From Mobula hypostoma (taxonomy: Eukaryota): a stretch of DNA of 64,000 nucleotides. Position 1 is the first letter of the stretch. Each line of letters starts with the position of its first letter. Of the stretch, positions 1-13,212 are shown piece by piece. The position numbers and the translations under genes are program-made. The DNA is taken from positions 29,576,001-29,640,000 of the forward strand of contig NC_086109.1 in the NCBI RefSeq assembly GCF_963921235.1, in the 5' to 3' direction. The notes under the pieces are model-generated. The model ran no database searches and was not told where the DNA came from. It saw nothing but the letters and a program-made list of their open reading frames with translations.

Positions 1-97
1 TTTTCCCTATGAATGCCTGCAAGAAAATGAATCTCAAGGTAGTATACCATAAGATTTCCGTACTTTGATGATAAATTTACTTTGTCTTGACTTTGAG
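1..97 (+). mobile_element. Rex1/Babar LINE 3' UTR fragment
   Basis: GAATGCCTGCAAGAAAATGAATCTCAAGG...ATAAATTTACTTTG tail; the same tail ends Rex copies at ~35750-35835 (+) and ~18780 (-). Confidence 0.6.
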
Positions 98-819
98 TTC
101 TGTAATGATGCTTTCAGTTTATGCTTACACTTGAAGACTTTGTCTACGTGACTGAAAATGCTCTTCTTGTAAGGTATTACTGGATGTGCTTTTTCTCTCT
201 CTCTTGAGGGTCTCTCCATAGGAATCAAGATCAGAAACCCATCATACTTCTTGTTATGTTTATCTCAGGCTAATCTGATTGCACCCATCAAAAACGAACA
301 TCGATGTTGACTAGAATTCAAACCTTGGAACTTCCTGATCTGAATGACTCATTGCCGCAGTACCTGGGAACCATGATGTGAGAACTGTGAACTTCTGAGT
401 CAAAATTCCCCATTTAACAGTGTCATTTAACTGTTAAGCATGGATGATTGACAGATATACCACCTACAGACTTTCACGGTGAAATTGTGATTAGGTTTAA
501 TAGGGACAGTTTTGACAGAAAAGTATTGATTTAATACCGACTCCACCTTTCAATCCTATCAGTAAAAATATTATTGTAAAAACCGTTGTTGCTGTAAACA
601 TCAATGACCTTTGAAATATTTTCAATATGACTATGTCGGCAGGGAGAATTTATTCAGCTTGCAACTAGAATTCTAGATGACTATTTGGTATTAGTGGGAG
701 TTAATATTTAGTGTGGTGAATGGGTGCCAATAAATTGGACTGTTTTATCCAAGTTCCTGTCAAACATATTGTGTGCTATCCAAGCAACACAGAGGAATAC
801 ATCCACAGACACAGTTAAT

Positions 820-1200
820 ACCACCCTTTAGTCAGCAATCTCTTCACTGAACATCAAGCCATGTCTCTCAGACAACCACCAAACTTATCATCTTCAAAGA
901 TCTTCCCTCCACAGTCCCCAGCTTTCTAATACCCAATCTCACAAAATCTACTTCTACATCTTGCCCAAGAATTACTGTCTGTCCCCATCAAACTCAGTGC
1001 TTCCATCCTAATCCCATTATGTCTATCAGGCCATTATCACTTATATCTGTGACATGCCTTTTATTTTTATTTTCCACTACTTCAATTATCTTCATCTTCA
1101 CCATGGACATACAATCTCCTTGCAATTTCCTCCCACTGTTGGATGGTCTGACGGCCCAGTGCTTTCTCCTTGAGAAGAAGTCTCTCCACTAACACACTCA
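820..1200 (+). mobile_element. Highly decayed Penelope-like element RT fragment
   Basis: Frame-broken matches to PLE RT motifs: FYILPK-like (~950-970) and IFTMDIQS (~1093-1118); homologous to the minus-strand fragment at 31260-31510. Confidence 0.55.
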
Positions 1201-1604
1201 GCAATGGATTTCCAATGTGGGGGTGGGTTAAAGCCTATGTTATGGACACTGCAGTCGTTAAGGAATCACCTTACTTAGTTACTTTGATAAACTTTGAAGG
1301 TTTTCTCTGCACTGCCAAGTAATCATTAAGATGTTAAGTTCTTGGCATCCCAATTGGTGAATGCTGCACACTGTCGTCATCAATTGGTCATTGACAAATA
1401 TCAGCAAGCGTCATTGGAGGCAGACAGGGTTGACATTTAAGGAGGCTTTATTTAGTAATCAGTAGGGAGCTGAAATCATAAAGACATGTATGATAGATGC
1501 TACAGAGATTTTGGAACTGTAGGAAACCTCCCTCACAACTCTGACATGTGTTTTGTCTTATTCATTGCAAATATCTTCCTGCATTGCTCTTGGAATCTGG
1601 ATAA

Positions 1605-1893
1605 TAAAGATTAAGATTAGCCTTATTTGTCAGATGTACGTCAGAGCATCCGAGGACTGTGCTGGGGGCAGCCCAGAAGTGTCGCAGCACTTCTGCTGCC
1701 AACATAGCATGCCCACAATTTATTAATCCTAATCGTACACCTTTGGAATGTGGGGGGAAACCGGCACACCCGGAGGAAACCCACGTGGTCACGGGGAGAA
1801 TGTACAAACTCTTCAGAGACAGCAGTGGGAATCGAGCACTGGTCAGTGATCACTGGCACTGTGAAGCGATTGCTCTCACCAAGGCAATACTGG
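1605..1893 (-). mobile_element. tRNA-derived V-domain SINE with a non-CR1 tail
   Basis: Minus strand GGTTTCCTCCGGGTGTGCCGGTTTCCCCCCACATTCCAAAG V-type core; tail ...ACAAATAAGGCTAATCTTAATCTTT. Confidence 0.75.
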
Positions 1894-2717
1894 CAAGGTG
1901 AGCATTAATTGTTAATCCCAAATTTCAGAGGGCAGTTATATGCCATTTCAGAAAGCGTTTGCAAGCCCTCCACATTAGTGGGTCTGGAGCAGTGTATAAG
2001 CCATATCAGATGAAAATCACAGTGAAATTGCAGAAGCTAGATTTTGAGCACAAGTTAGTGTCAAATTCAAAATCGAATCTCCAGATAAGAAGTTCAAATC
2101 ACTGGACACTAACCCAATAACAACCATATCCCATTCTGTACTGGCCTTCATTCAAAGGAATTGCATTTTTATGTGAACTGCAGGGAGATCTGGCACACAC
2201 TGACAATAGGTCCATTTGCGTTGACTCCTACTTGGAAGCTAAAATATTAATTCTGCTTTTATAAGCAGTTGAAGATCACAGTGACCTGACATGTGTGTGA
2301 CCACGCTGTGGCATAACCATAACTCAATTTGAGTGGACAGGCATCGAATAATCATTACATAGCAACGAGCACCAAAGAGTCATCAAATTATACAGCACGG
2401 AAACAGGCCGATCAACCTAACTATGCAATCCCATATGGTTTTGAGTTTAAATATGTAACTCACGTAGAACCACATAATTCAATCCAACACATTGCACGAG
2501 GCTCACTCAAACATGCAAATCACAAGTTGTAGAAGAAATTTCAAAAAAATAGAAACTCATCAATAAAAAAGGCATTACATGAGTGAAATTCTACCCTCTA
2601 TCAACTAAAGGATCTACTATCGTTCTGCACATTCTAACATACAGGATTAGTTTTTATTGGGTTACTTGGTTTTGTGGAAAATGTTTGATATTGCTTTGAG
2701 TCTGAAAGCAAGAAGAT

Positions 2718-3620
2718 TCAGAATCAGAATCAAGTTTAATATCACTGACGTATGTCATGGGATAGATATATTGTTTTACAGCAGCAGAACAGTGCAATAG
2801 ACAAAAACACTATATATATGTTGCAAAAAGAAAAATAGTGAGGTGCTGTTCATAGATTGGTTCATTTCCCCTCCAGAAGTCTGTTGGGAGAGGGAAGAAG
2901 CTGCTTCTAAAATGTTTGGGTGTGTTCTTCAGGCTCCTGTATTTCCTCCCTTATGTTAGCAATAGGAAAAGAGTATCTCTTGGGTGAACTCTGCCATGGA
3001 TCCAAACCCTGCTGTGAAAGGAGGAGGTTTGGGCATGGGTCTAGCTACTCCATCCCGCAAAAACCCAGAGCTACAGAAATGCCAACAGAAGCTCCAAAGA
3101 CATATTGTGCTGCAGGTTTTCTATGTTTCTATGTTTACACCATCCCTGGGAGAGAAAGGATTTTCACCTAAAAGATATATGACGGGCTACACCTGGGGAC
3201 AGCTTGAAAGATTGAAACAGGAGAGAGGACTCTGATACGTTGCTGTGGAGGCCTATTGCTCAATAGGGTGATGGCTTAAGTAAAAGTATGTCATTTGGTG
3301 ATGGGGGTCCTTAATGGTGGATGTCACCTTTTTGGGCATCGCCTCTTTTAAGATATCCTCGATGATGGGGACAATTAAATTGCTCTTCAGAGTACATCTG
3401 TAGAAATTTGCTAGCGACGTACCAGATCTTCTCAAACTCCTAATGAAATAAAACCGCTGATGAACCTTCTTTGTAGTTGCATCAGTATGTTGGACGCAGG
3501 ATAGATATTCAGAGCTGTTGGAACTTGAAACTGCTCTTCTTTTACACTGCTGATCCCTCATTGAGGACTGGTGTGTGTTCCCTCGACTTCCCCTTCTATT
3601 GTCCACAATGAATTCTTTGG
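2718..3620 (-). mobile_element. Rex1/Babar LINE 3' fragment interrupted by an RTE derivative
   Basis: (GATTCT)n tail at ~2718-2730; peptide KVHQRFYFIRSLRR...ANFYRCT...KDPHH in ORF 3253..3744. Confidence 0.75.
2988..3284 (+). mobile_element. Internally deleted non-autonomous RTE-clade element
   Basis: RTE-type 5' motif GGTTTGGGCATGGGTCTAGCTACTCCATCCCGCAAAAAC joined to ORF C-terminus GYTWGQLERLKQERGL; degenerate TSD AGTATCTCTTGGGTGA/AGTATGTCATTTGGTGA. Confidence 0.65.
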
Positions 3621-3889
3621 TCTTCCACTCCCTGTTGATAACACGTGTAAAGGTTTTGATAATTGGTTTCCCTTTATCTAGCAAGGGAGAGTTCCAGGGT
3701 GTTTTTGTTCCTCTGCCCAAATAACAATTGTTTAAAGTTGGCATGACTGACTACAGCAAACACTGTGAAACTATTCGACTCTGAGGAATCACAATCCAAT
3801 ACAATTTTGTCAAGGCCCCATTGTGCTCACTTACAGGAGGTAGGGGTAGTCATTATGGGAAGAAATCTTGACTGACCTTCTTTCACATC

Positions 3890-4135
3890 CAGACCTCTTG
3901 AGATGAACACAGAAATTGCCAAATATAAGAAGGTGGGGACAGAGGAAAGAATACAAGCTGACAGGAGAAATGTGAAGCCAGGTGAGGGGGAAGGGGGGTG
4001 GGTGCTGATTAAGATCCTGGCCGAAAATATCAGTTGTTTATTCCTCTCCATCAATGGTACTGGATTTGCTGAGTTCCTCTAGTATTTTGTATGTGCTGCT
4101 CTGGATTTCCAACATCTGCTGAATCTCTTATGGTT
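3890..4135. mobile_element. Decayed two-arm Penelope pLTR fragment with hammerhead remnant
   Basis: Purine-rich pLTR on minus joined to plus-strand CTGATTAAGATCCTGGCCGAAAATATC...TTCCAACATCTGCTGAATCTC tail. Confidence 0.6.
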
Positions 4136-4172
4136 AACATTTGCCCATGATGTTATTCTGACTGTAGCAAAC

Positions 4173-6395
4173 TCAAAGTTCAAAGTAAATGTATTATCAA
4201 AGTACATATACATCACCATATACAAACCTGAGGTTCATTTTCTTGCAGGCATACTCAATAAATCCATAATAGGATAAACCATAATAGAATCAGTGAAAGA
4301 CGGCAGCAGCTGGTTGATCAATCAGTGTGCAAAAGACAGCAAATGATGTAAATACAATAATAATAATAATAAATAATCAATAAAAATCAAGAACATGAGA
4401 TGAAGCCTGAGGTGTGCGAGGAAGCGGAGGTGAAGCGAGCAGGCAGGAGTCCGTGCCAGGAAAAAAGCAAGCCCTAGCCGGCTGGCTCTCCCGTACATTC
4501 TGCTATCCATTGGACATTAAATTGGACTACATCCGACTCCAATGAAACACTCGGTGGGAGCACAAAAACGGACGTGATCCGGGACACCGCCATTCAGCTG
4601 TTTATTTATGTAACAGTTTCTCCCCCAAGCCATCGGACTACCAACCTACTGCCCTCCGCTGTCTATTGTCTTGTTTATTATTTATTGTAATGCCTGCACT
4701 GTTCTGTGTACTTTATGCAGTCCCGGGTAGGTCTGTAGTCTAGTGTAGTTTTTGTGTTGTTTTATATAGCTCAGTGTAGTTTTTGTATTGTTTCATGTAG
4801 CACCGTGGTCCTGAAAAACGTCGGCACGTTTTTACTGTGTGCTGTACCAGCAGTTATGGTCAAAATGACAATAAAAAGTGACTTGACTTGACTTGACTTG
4901 ATGACGAGTACTTGAAAGTCAGTCCGTAGGTTGTGGGAACATTTCAATGATGGGGCATGAAGTTGAGTGAAGTTATCCCCTATGGGTCAAGAACCTGATA
5001 GCTGAGGTGTAATCACTGTTGGTGAACCTGGTAGTATGAGTCCTGAGGCTCCTCTACCTTCTTCCTTGTTTGCAGCAGCAAGAAGAGAACTTATCCTGGT
5101 TGGTGGGGGTCCCTGCATTCCTGGGACAGTGCTTCATGTAGATGTGCTCAAAGGTCGGGAGGGCTTTCCTGGACTGGGCCATATCCACTACTTTATTTAA
5201 GAATTTTCTTTTAAGGGCATTGGTGCTTCCTTGCCATGCTATGATACAGCCAGTCAATATACTCTCCACCATACATCTGTAGAAGTTTGTCAAAGTTTTA
5301 GATGTCATGCTGTATCTTTGCAAACTCCTCAGGCAGTAGAGACGCTGCCATGATCTCTTCATACAAGCACTTACCTGTTAGGCCCAGGACAGGTTCTCTG
5401 AAGTAATAATGCTGAGGAATTTAAAATTGTTCTCCAGCTCTGATCTTCAGATGAGGACTCACTTATGGACCTCTGGTTTCCTCCTCCTTAACTCAATAAT
5501 CATCTCCTTGATCTTGCTGACATTGAGTAAGAGGTAGTTTGATTTTTGTGGCACCACTCAGCTTGATTTTCAACGTCCTTCCTATATGCATACTTCTCAC
5601 CACCTTTGACTCGGCCTGCGACAGTGGTGTCGTCAGCAAACTTGAATACGGCACTGAAGCTGAGCTTAGCCACATAGTCCAAGGTGTAAACTGAGTAGAG
5701 AAGGGGGATAAGCACACAGTCTTGTGGTGTACCTGTGCTGATGGAGATCATGGAGGAGATTTTGTTGCCAATCTGAACTGACTGGGGTTTGCAAGTGAGG
5801 AAATATAGGCTCCAATTGCACAAGGCATATTCAGGCCATGATCTTGAAGCTTATTGATTAGTTTTGAGGGGATGATGGTATTTTAATGCCAAGGGGTAGT
5901 CGATAAAGAACATCCAAATGTATGCATCTTTGCTGTCCAGATGTTCCAGGATTGAGTGAAGAGCCAATGAGATGGCATCTGCTGTGGACCTGTTGCTCCG
6001 GAAGGCAAATTGGAGCAGATCAAAGTCACTTCTCAGGCTGAAATTGATATGTTCCATCACCAGCTTCTCAAAACACTTCATTACTGAATGTAAGTGATAC
6101 TGGATGATAATTTTGAGGCAGATTACCAAGTTCTTCTTAAGTGCCGGTGTAAGTGAAGTCTGTTTGAAGTAGGTGGGTACCTCAGACTGCCAAAGTGAGC
6201 GGTTAAAGATCTCAGTGAACACTCCAGCCAGTTGATCAGCACAGGTCTATAGCACCTTGACCATGTACCCCCATCTGGTCTGGATACTTTTCTTGGGCTC
6301 ACCCTCCTGAAGAGTGCTCACTAGTCGGCCTCAGAGATTGAAGTCATAGGATGATTGGGGGCTGTGGGAGATTGTGATGGGTTCCTCCATGTTTT
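4173..6395 (-). mobile_element. Rex1/Babar LINE, 5'-truncated RT pseudogene (interrupted at 4406-4899)
   Basis: Peptides [63 protein letters not shown] with frameshifts; TTTGAACTTTGA tail. Confidence 0.9.
4406..4899 (+). mobile_element. Non-autonomous Rex-type element (ORF start fused to 3' UTR)
   Basis: RAGVRARKKASPSRLALPYILL-like 5' peptide; AATAAAAAG(TGACT)n tail; splits the host Rex 3' UTR at GATGAAG/GATGACG. Confidence 0.6.
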
Positions 6396-6589
6396 GAACT
6401 GAATCAAGTATAAGATTTCCTTATTTTTTAAATTTTCCTCTGTATTCCCTTAGTAATTTGGGTTCTCCAATGCAACAGAGAACACACAACGAGAACCTAA
6501 TAAAAGTACACTAAATTAGAACTGCAGCATTAAATCTCTGCTTCATCCGGAAGTAGAGTTTGAGTCCCTGGATGGTGGGAATGGAAGGG

Positions 6590-6965
6590 ATCAGCATACT
6601 TCAATGCAGAGGTTCACAAGGATTGTAGATTCATCCAGCTCCATTATGAGCCCAACACTACCCAGCAACAAGGACAACTTCAAGAAGAAAGCATCCATCA
6701 TTAAGGATCCTCCTCACCTGTACCTGCCATCTTCTCATTACTACTATCAGGCAGGAAGTACATGAGCCTGAAGACACGCACTTAACAATTCAGGAACTGC
6801 TGCTTCTCCTACACCATCAAATTTCTGAATGGTCCTTGAACCCATTAACACTGCCTCATTATTCCATTTATTTGCTTTTAAATTGATAGTAATTCTTTGC
6901 CTTTGCACTGTACTGCTGCTGCAAGAATGACACATTTCCCAGTGACAATAAACCTGATTCTGACA
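6590..6965 (+). mobile_element. Rex1/Babar 3' fragment
   Basis: KASIIKDPPH-like coding remnant; AATAAACCTGATTCTGA tail. Confidence 0.7.
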
Positions 6966-8938
6966 TTTGTGAATTCTCTCTGTCACTCGGTGGGCTACCC
7001 CTGAGTGATCTGCATTCCTCCCAAAGGTGCAGGTTGGCGAGTTAACTGGCCACTGAAAATTGGTGTGCTATGGTTGTTGTGGGTTTGCTGGCTGAAGGAT
7101 CAGCTCACGTGTCATATGGTTCTATGACTCTATGATAAACTTCTCCATTATGATCTTTTACCTAATCATATGCCATAGACTCACACTACAGTTGGGATCT
7201 TTTCAGACATGAGTTTTACATTGTTTAATGATGACTTACTATACAAAAGTGATGATCAAGTTCAGCTGTGGTGTCAGAAGTGACCAAACACTTCAAGACA
7301 CCAGGAGAGAGGAAACACGACAGGGATACTTGAAAGAGGAAGCTCAAGAGAGGAAGGCTACGAATTGAAGTGATTGTGTGTGGGGGGTGCACGGGGTGAC
7401 AGGGACTCTAGGTATGAGTCAGTATAAAAGTTGAAGAATCAGGAAAATAAAATAAGAGGAACAGAAGCCCTTTTTGAAAGGAATATAATTGAAAGAAATT
7501 ACATGATTGAGATTGACAGAGCAAAAGAAGAGCACAGAGATTTAAAACTAGTTTTGAGTGAGCATAGCAAGAAAATATGCTTCAGAAAGCAGATATAGAT
7601 CAGTGGAAAGCAAAATGATGGGCTTTTTGGGACAGTATTTTGGCAGTAGGAATTAGGACATGAGGGTTTTTAAGAAGAATTTAGTTTTGAGGAAAACTGT
7701 CTGGTAGTGGCATAGCAACAACTTGACGTAAACATCAGGTAGAAATGGAGTCATGCAATGTGGTCATGGAGCATGTCTTCCAGCTGGCCAGTTTATATGA
7801 ATTGGTAATGTAAAAGCAGAGTAAAATCACCAGTTGCAGGAAATATAAAAATAAAATAGAAAACTGAGGAAAATGAACAGCAAGTTAGGCAACAGCTCTA
7901 CAGAGAGATAATTTGGATTACTTTTACTGACTGATGATTTTGTCTTATTCATTCAGACAATGTTGACTCTCCATATAGTTTTCTGCCTGGGTGGAAGATG
8001 AGTTACTGTTTCATAAGCTTACCTTAGGTTTTATTGAAATAATGCAGAAGTCCAAAGATTAAGAGCTCAGAGCAGAGTGGGATGATGAATTAAAGTGGCA
8101 GGCAATTGGAAAAATCAATTTATCCTTGCATGAGAAATGGAGATGTTCTCCAAAATGTCTACCCAATCTGCATTCAGTTTCTCCAGTGTAGTGAAAGCCA
8201 CATCTTGAGAACTGACTACAGTGAAGTAAATTTCAAGGAAGGACAAATAAATTTTGATTCAGCTAGAAGGAGTGTTTTGACCTCAGTATGATGAGAAGGG
8301 GTAAAAGGATAGACATTGCAACTCCTGCAGTTGCATGAGAAGATGCCATGAATAAAAGAGTTTGTGTTTGTGGAAACAGAAGACTAAACAGGGAACTGTT
8401 GAGTGAATGATTCCAATGGAATGTAGAAGGGGGAGGGAAGGGGATGACATGTCTCCAATTTGCCTCACAACCGTGCTGGTTACAGTAAGTTCCATTTCAT
8501 TACGTCTGTGATGTCTTCCTTTTCTCTTAACTCCAGGTCCCCTTTCACTATAGCAGGCATGACCCTCAAAAGTGTCAGTTTCATTTATCACTTCTGCTCT
8601 CATCTGCTTTCTTTCTCCCCAGAACACGGAAAGTGTTTCACTTATCTTGAACTTCCACTTTAGCAGTTTAAGAATTCCTTGAATTCATTGGATCATCTTC
8701 TGTGGCTTCCACCATCTTTTTACTCTCTCTCCCTTTGTTTCCATTCACCTGCTTCTTTTTGCATCTCCTCCTGACAGATCAACTGCAGTTATCATTTTCA
8801 CACCTCTGTCTGTTAGCACTGTTCATCCACATTCTCTAGATCATTATTCTCACCCACCACCACTCTATAAGTTAATACATACCCCTCTTTTCTAACTTTG
8901 CCTCATCTGATACAAAAACATTAATCTGAAACATTAAC

Positions 8939-9059
8939 ACGAGGAAATCTGCAGATGCTGGAAATTCAAGCCTGATGAAGGGCCTCGGCCTGAAACGTCG
9001 ACTGCGCTTCTTCCTATAGATGCTGCCTGGCCTGCTGCGTTCCACCATCATTTTGTGTG
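8939..9059. mobile_element. Two-arm Penelope mini-insertion with 20-bp TSD
   Basis: TSD CATTAATCTGAAACATTAAC (8919-8938) / CATTGATCTGAAACATTAAC (9060-9079); inverted 3' tip followed by forward hammerhead and tail. Confidence 0.85.
8971..9003 (+). ncRNA. Minimal type I hammerhead motif (core intact, stem I 5' strand truncated)
   Basis: C-CTGATGA-AGGGCCTCGGCCT-GAAACGTC-GACT. Confidence 0.7.
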
Positions 9060-9131
9060 CATTGATCTGAAACATTAACCTTGTTTTTCTCTCATGCTAC
9101 CAGCCCTTTCAAGAATCTCCAGCATTTTCTG

Positions 9132-9298
9132 AAACACAAGAGATTCTGCAGGTGCTGGAAATCCACAGCAACATACACAGAATACTGGAGGAACTCAGCA
9201 GGCTCGGCAGCATCTATAGAGAGGAAGTAAGAGCCAACATTTTGAGCCAAGACCCTTCAACAGATCTGATATGATCCAGCATTGTGTGTGTATGACTG
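9132..9298 (-). mobile_element. Penelope mini-insertion with 12-bp TSD
   Basis: TSD CAGCATTTTCTG at 9120-9131 and 9299-9310; PLE tail on minus with a short forward arm. Confidence 0.75.
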
Positions 9299-9399
9299 CA
9301 GCATTTTCTGTTTCAATATATTCGACTCTGGTTGAGCAGATTGTCTAATATAAGTTGAACAATAAGAAGAGAGAGTTTGGAGCCAGTAGAATTGTATTC

Positions 9400-10680
9400 G
9401 TTGTCTGTTGAATGCGCTAAAATGAAACGGAATTACTTGAAAACATTAAATTCCATTGCTGAACACAATGACATTGAACCAGTGGAAGTGAATTTCAGAA
9501 GTAGAATTTAATGCACGTTCATTAACATATTAAGTATTTATTGAATACAACAGAGAACAAATTTTACCCCCTTGCATATTTGGTTCAGGATGAGTTTGTT
9601 GGCTTGAGTCTTCTAATGTTAAATTAGTATGATCCAGTGAAACAAGTTTTTTTTTGTTCATGATCAAACTGACAATTCCAAGGTTTTCAGTTCTTGCTAA
9701 TACAAGAAGTATAGGTTCAGAGCTGGAGACTTCACACATTTTGCAGTTACAGAAAAGCGATGCATTTTCCTGGCAACAAATCTGTTCTAACTGAACAACA
9801 ACAAAAGTGAAAGTAAGATTCAGAAAAATTACTGATATATTAAAACTGTTTGGTGTGAAACTCCTCCCCATAATTGTCTCCCATTGGTATAAACTATACT
9901 GGTCCATTCATGGATCTGATTTCTGCTTTCGTCTCATGATAAAATTAATCACCTGCTTTTGTGGCACACCCATGTTTGACAACAACAGATGCCTTTGATT
10001 CATTCACTCTGCTCTTTTTTTCCATTGCACAAAATATTGTAGTTCTCTGACCATTACTGGGGAAACCCACGTTCATGAATCACATCAGAATCACCAGGGC
10101 TTTAATCACCCTGTACTTTTATACCAAAATCCCTTCCACCACATCCACAAAGTCAGAAAGCAATGTTTTATTTACTTATAACAGTTTTAATACTGAATTT
10201 CTATTCTTCTATAGGATAGATATCTGTACTAACTTGTTAAATTTAATAAAATATTGAAAAAGTTGAATTGCAAGCTAGTAGGCAGTGAAATTAAAGTATG
10301 TCAGTTAAAAAAATAAAACCAACAAAATGGAACCTGTTCGCCTTTTAGTCACTGACCATTCACACTATTTCATATCACCTTTTAAATGTACTTGCAATGA
10401 ATGTGACAGGATTACTTTTTAGATAAAGGTGACAGTCTCACTAAGGTCACCACAGAAATGCGGTCAGCCTATTGCAAGCACGCCCCCCCTTCCCCCCCTT
10501 GCGTGGACAGTTCCCGTAATGGGTGGCTGCAACATGCCTGATTTCCCTGAAATAATACCACAAAACCCCGGATTCACTTTAAAGATTACGCAGATAAATT
10601 CTGAATGGAAATTTTCAGTTCCTGTATTTTTCTTGCCCACTTAATTTTTAAAAAAATCCTGAACTTTAAGAGCAGTTTAA
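9400..10680 (-). mobile_element. Possible very old hAT-type DNA transposase remnant
   Basis: Weak, colinear frame-broken similarities (GFPSNG, HGCA, YQWETI, SEPILL, LEDSSQ) to hAT transposase segments; no clear TIR or TSD. Confidence 0.3.
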
Positions 10681-11359
10681 AACTTGTTATTTACTTCCTC
10701 ACAGGCAAATTATGTCATTGGAAAAGTTACATCTAAAAAATTGATTATTAATCACTTCTGAGTATGTTTGAAATAGTGTGATCTTAATCATAGCATTGAA
10801 CTTGGAGCAGAAAAACAATTTTAGGGAATTTGATTTTGCAGAATAACACTGCATTGTTTGAATATTAAGTTCAAAATATGCTTTGTTTACAAGAAAAATA
10901 CATGAGCCTAGAAAATATATCTATTGCCTTCAACAGTCTGAGTAATGTCTTTGTAAGGCGGTGTTCTATTCTCCATTTTAACATATTTAAAGTAAACAAT
11001 TTAATATCAACATATCAACATGTCTATTAGGATTAGTATGGTGCTCATAAAGTGATCAACAGGAAACGAGAAGCTATTAACAATACCATCTTTCATGATA
11101 CATCCATAATTATTCATGAACTGAAAACCCAGTTTACCATACTGACTGCATGGGAATCACATTCAGAGCAACTCATGTAAAGATGGCCAATTTTCTTCCC
11201 TGAAGGAGATCAAAGTAGCAGATGAATCAACAAACCAAAATGATCTAAGACTGAGACCAAATTTTTCTTAAAACTCCTGCCCAATTTAATGACTTGAACT
11301 TAATTTCTCCAACTGCTATGATGAGATTTGAACTAATATCTCTAGATTAATTATCACAA

Positions 11360-11635
11360 ACAATTTTATAAACAAACACTTAGTGAACCAATGCGGGCAA
11401 AATTCCAGACCACAATGCACACAGTTCACCACGAAACCTATCAGTGACGAGAATTCCTCCTCACATTACAAATGAGTATCCGAAATGGTGACCAATCAGC
11501 TGATTGATAAGTATATAATGACAAAGCATTCGGAGGTCGCACCACAATTAACAGCGCACTGATGATGACTCCTCATATGATGATGAAACTTTTCCAAGTA
11601 TATTGCCAAGATCAGAGAACAACTCAACCCAATCA
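11360..11635 (+). mobile_element. 3' end of a second Penelope-like family with a different hammerhead remnant
   Basis: INKH..EPMRAK-like C-terminal remnant, then GCACTGATGATGACTCCTCATATGATGATGAAAC at ~11556-11589. Confidence 0.5.
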
Positions 11636-12170
11636 CTTTCTCTTACATTAGTTCTCCCAAAGTGTAACACCTCACATTTAATCTGATTCAACTCTTTCTG
11701 CCATTTCTCCGTCTTTACCTGTAACTGATCTATGCTCTGCTGCCTCCTTTGACAGACCTCTACAATGGCCACAACTCAATCAAACTTTGTGTCATCTCCA
11801 AACTTACAAATCCACCCATTTATATTTTTATCCAAGCCATTTATGTACTTCACATGCAGTGGCCCCAGCACTGATCCCTGAGGAACACCATTAGTTATGG
11901 ACCTCTAGCCAGAAAACACCCCTTCAATCATTGTTGTCCGTCTTCTGTGAGCAACCCAATACTGAATCTAAACTACCCAGTCACAAATCATCCCATGAAT
12001 CTTAATCTTCTGGATCAGCCTACCATGCTGGACCTGGTCAAGTGTCATACTAAAATCCATGGAGACAATGTCCACTGCTCTACCCCTCATTCATCATTTA
12101 TGCCACCTACTTAAACAACTTGGGCTTTGTACCACATGACATACCTTGCATAAGGCCATACTGACAGCGT
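11636..12170 (-). mobile_element. CR1/HER1 LINE RT fragment
   Basis: KCEVLHFGRTN; reverse of GVPQGSVLGP and KFGDDTK motifs. Confidence 0.85.
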
Positions 12171-12689
12171 CAAACAATGCAAACCCCTATCTGTTAGTCA
12201 ACATATGTTGCACACTTGCAGAGCAAACATAACCATTCCATTTTTTTGAGGTTGTGAACACCCTCACACAATTGTTCATAAGTGTGGAGATTTGGTTTAC
12301 ACGTTCCACACTTGTAAACAAAAGAAATTCCAAAGAACTAGTGTATAAAAAATAAACTTTCAGTTGCTCCTCCACTCATTGAGTTCCTCCAGCAATTTGT
12401 TTCATCTTCGCTCCGATTTCAGCATCTGAACTCTCTTGTGCCTGTTGCAGTAGGTCGCTAATGTCCATTTCAGTTGTGGGAAGCAGCATTCAGAGTTTCT
12501 GTTGTGACAAAAGGATAAGAAGGACTTTATGTGAATAGGGAGATAATGGCTTTGGTGGGAAATTGAGGATCTGGCTCTGAAGAATAAGACCCAGATGGTT
12601 GACGGACGATAGTGACCCAGGGAAGGGGCAAGTACCAAGGATCAAAGATGTTGAAGGCACTTAGTTTACAGATGTGATATTCTAGAGTA

Positions 12690-13212
12690 GCTGTCCACTT
12701 TATTAGTTACACTGGTACACCTGGTCCTTAATGCAAGTATCTGATCAGCCATTCATGTGGCTGATGCATAAACGTATGCAGACATGGTCAAGAACACAGA
12801 CCATAACATGAGAATGGGGAAGAAATTTGATCTAAGTGCTTTTGACTGTGAAATGATTGTTGCTGCCGGATAGAGTGGTTTGGGTATCTCAGGAACTGCT
12901 GATCTCCTGGGATTTTCACACACAACAGACTCTCAAGAGTTTACAGAGAATGGTGTGGTAAATAAAATGACACCCAGTGAGCAACAGTTCTGTGGCAAAA
13001 ATGTCGTGTTAATGAGAGGAGTCAGAGGAGAATAGCCAAACTGGTTAAAGCTAATAGGAAGGTGACAGTAACTAAGATAACCGTGTGTGGTGTGCAGAAG
13101 GGCAGCTCTGAATGTATAACACACCAAGCCTTGAAGTGAATGGGCTTCAGCAACAGAAAGCCATAAATATGCTCTCAGTGACCACTTTATTAAGCATGGG
13201 CAGCACCTAATG
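12690..13212. mobile_element. Non-autonomous Tc1/mariner derivative (CACTCAGTGGCCACTTTATTAGG TIR family)
   Basis: Degenerate TIR at ~12690; body shared with the copies at 51108 and 55479; second TIR copy plus right TIR at ~13170-13212. Confidence 0.75.

Larger units (their letters stand above)
8380..9320 (+). mobile_element. Old Penelope 3' region/pLTR hosting two younger PLE mini-insertions
   Basis: Pyrimidine-rich pLTR, degenerate CTGATAC...CTGAAACATTAAC hammerhead remnant and CCAGCATTTTCTG tail. Confidence 0.5.
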
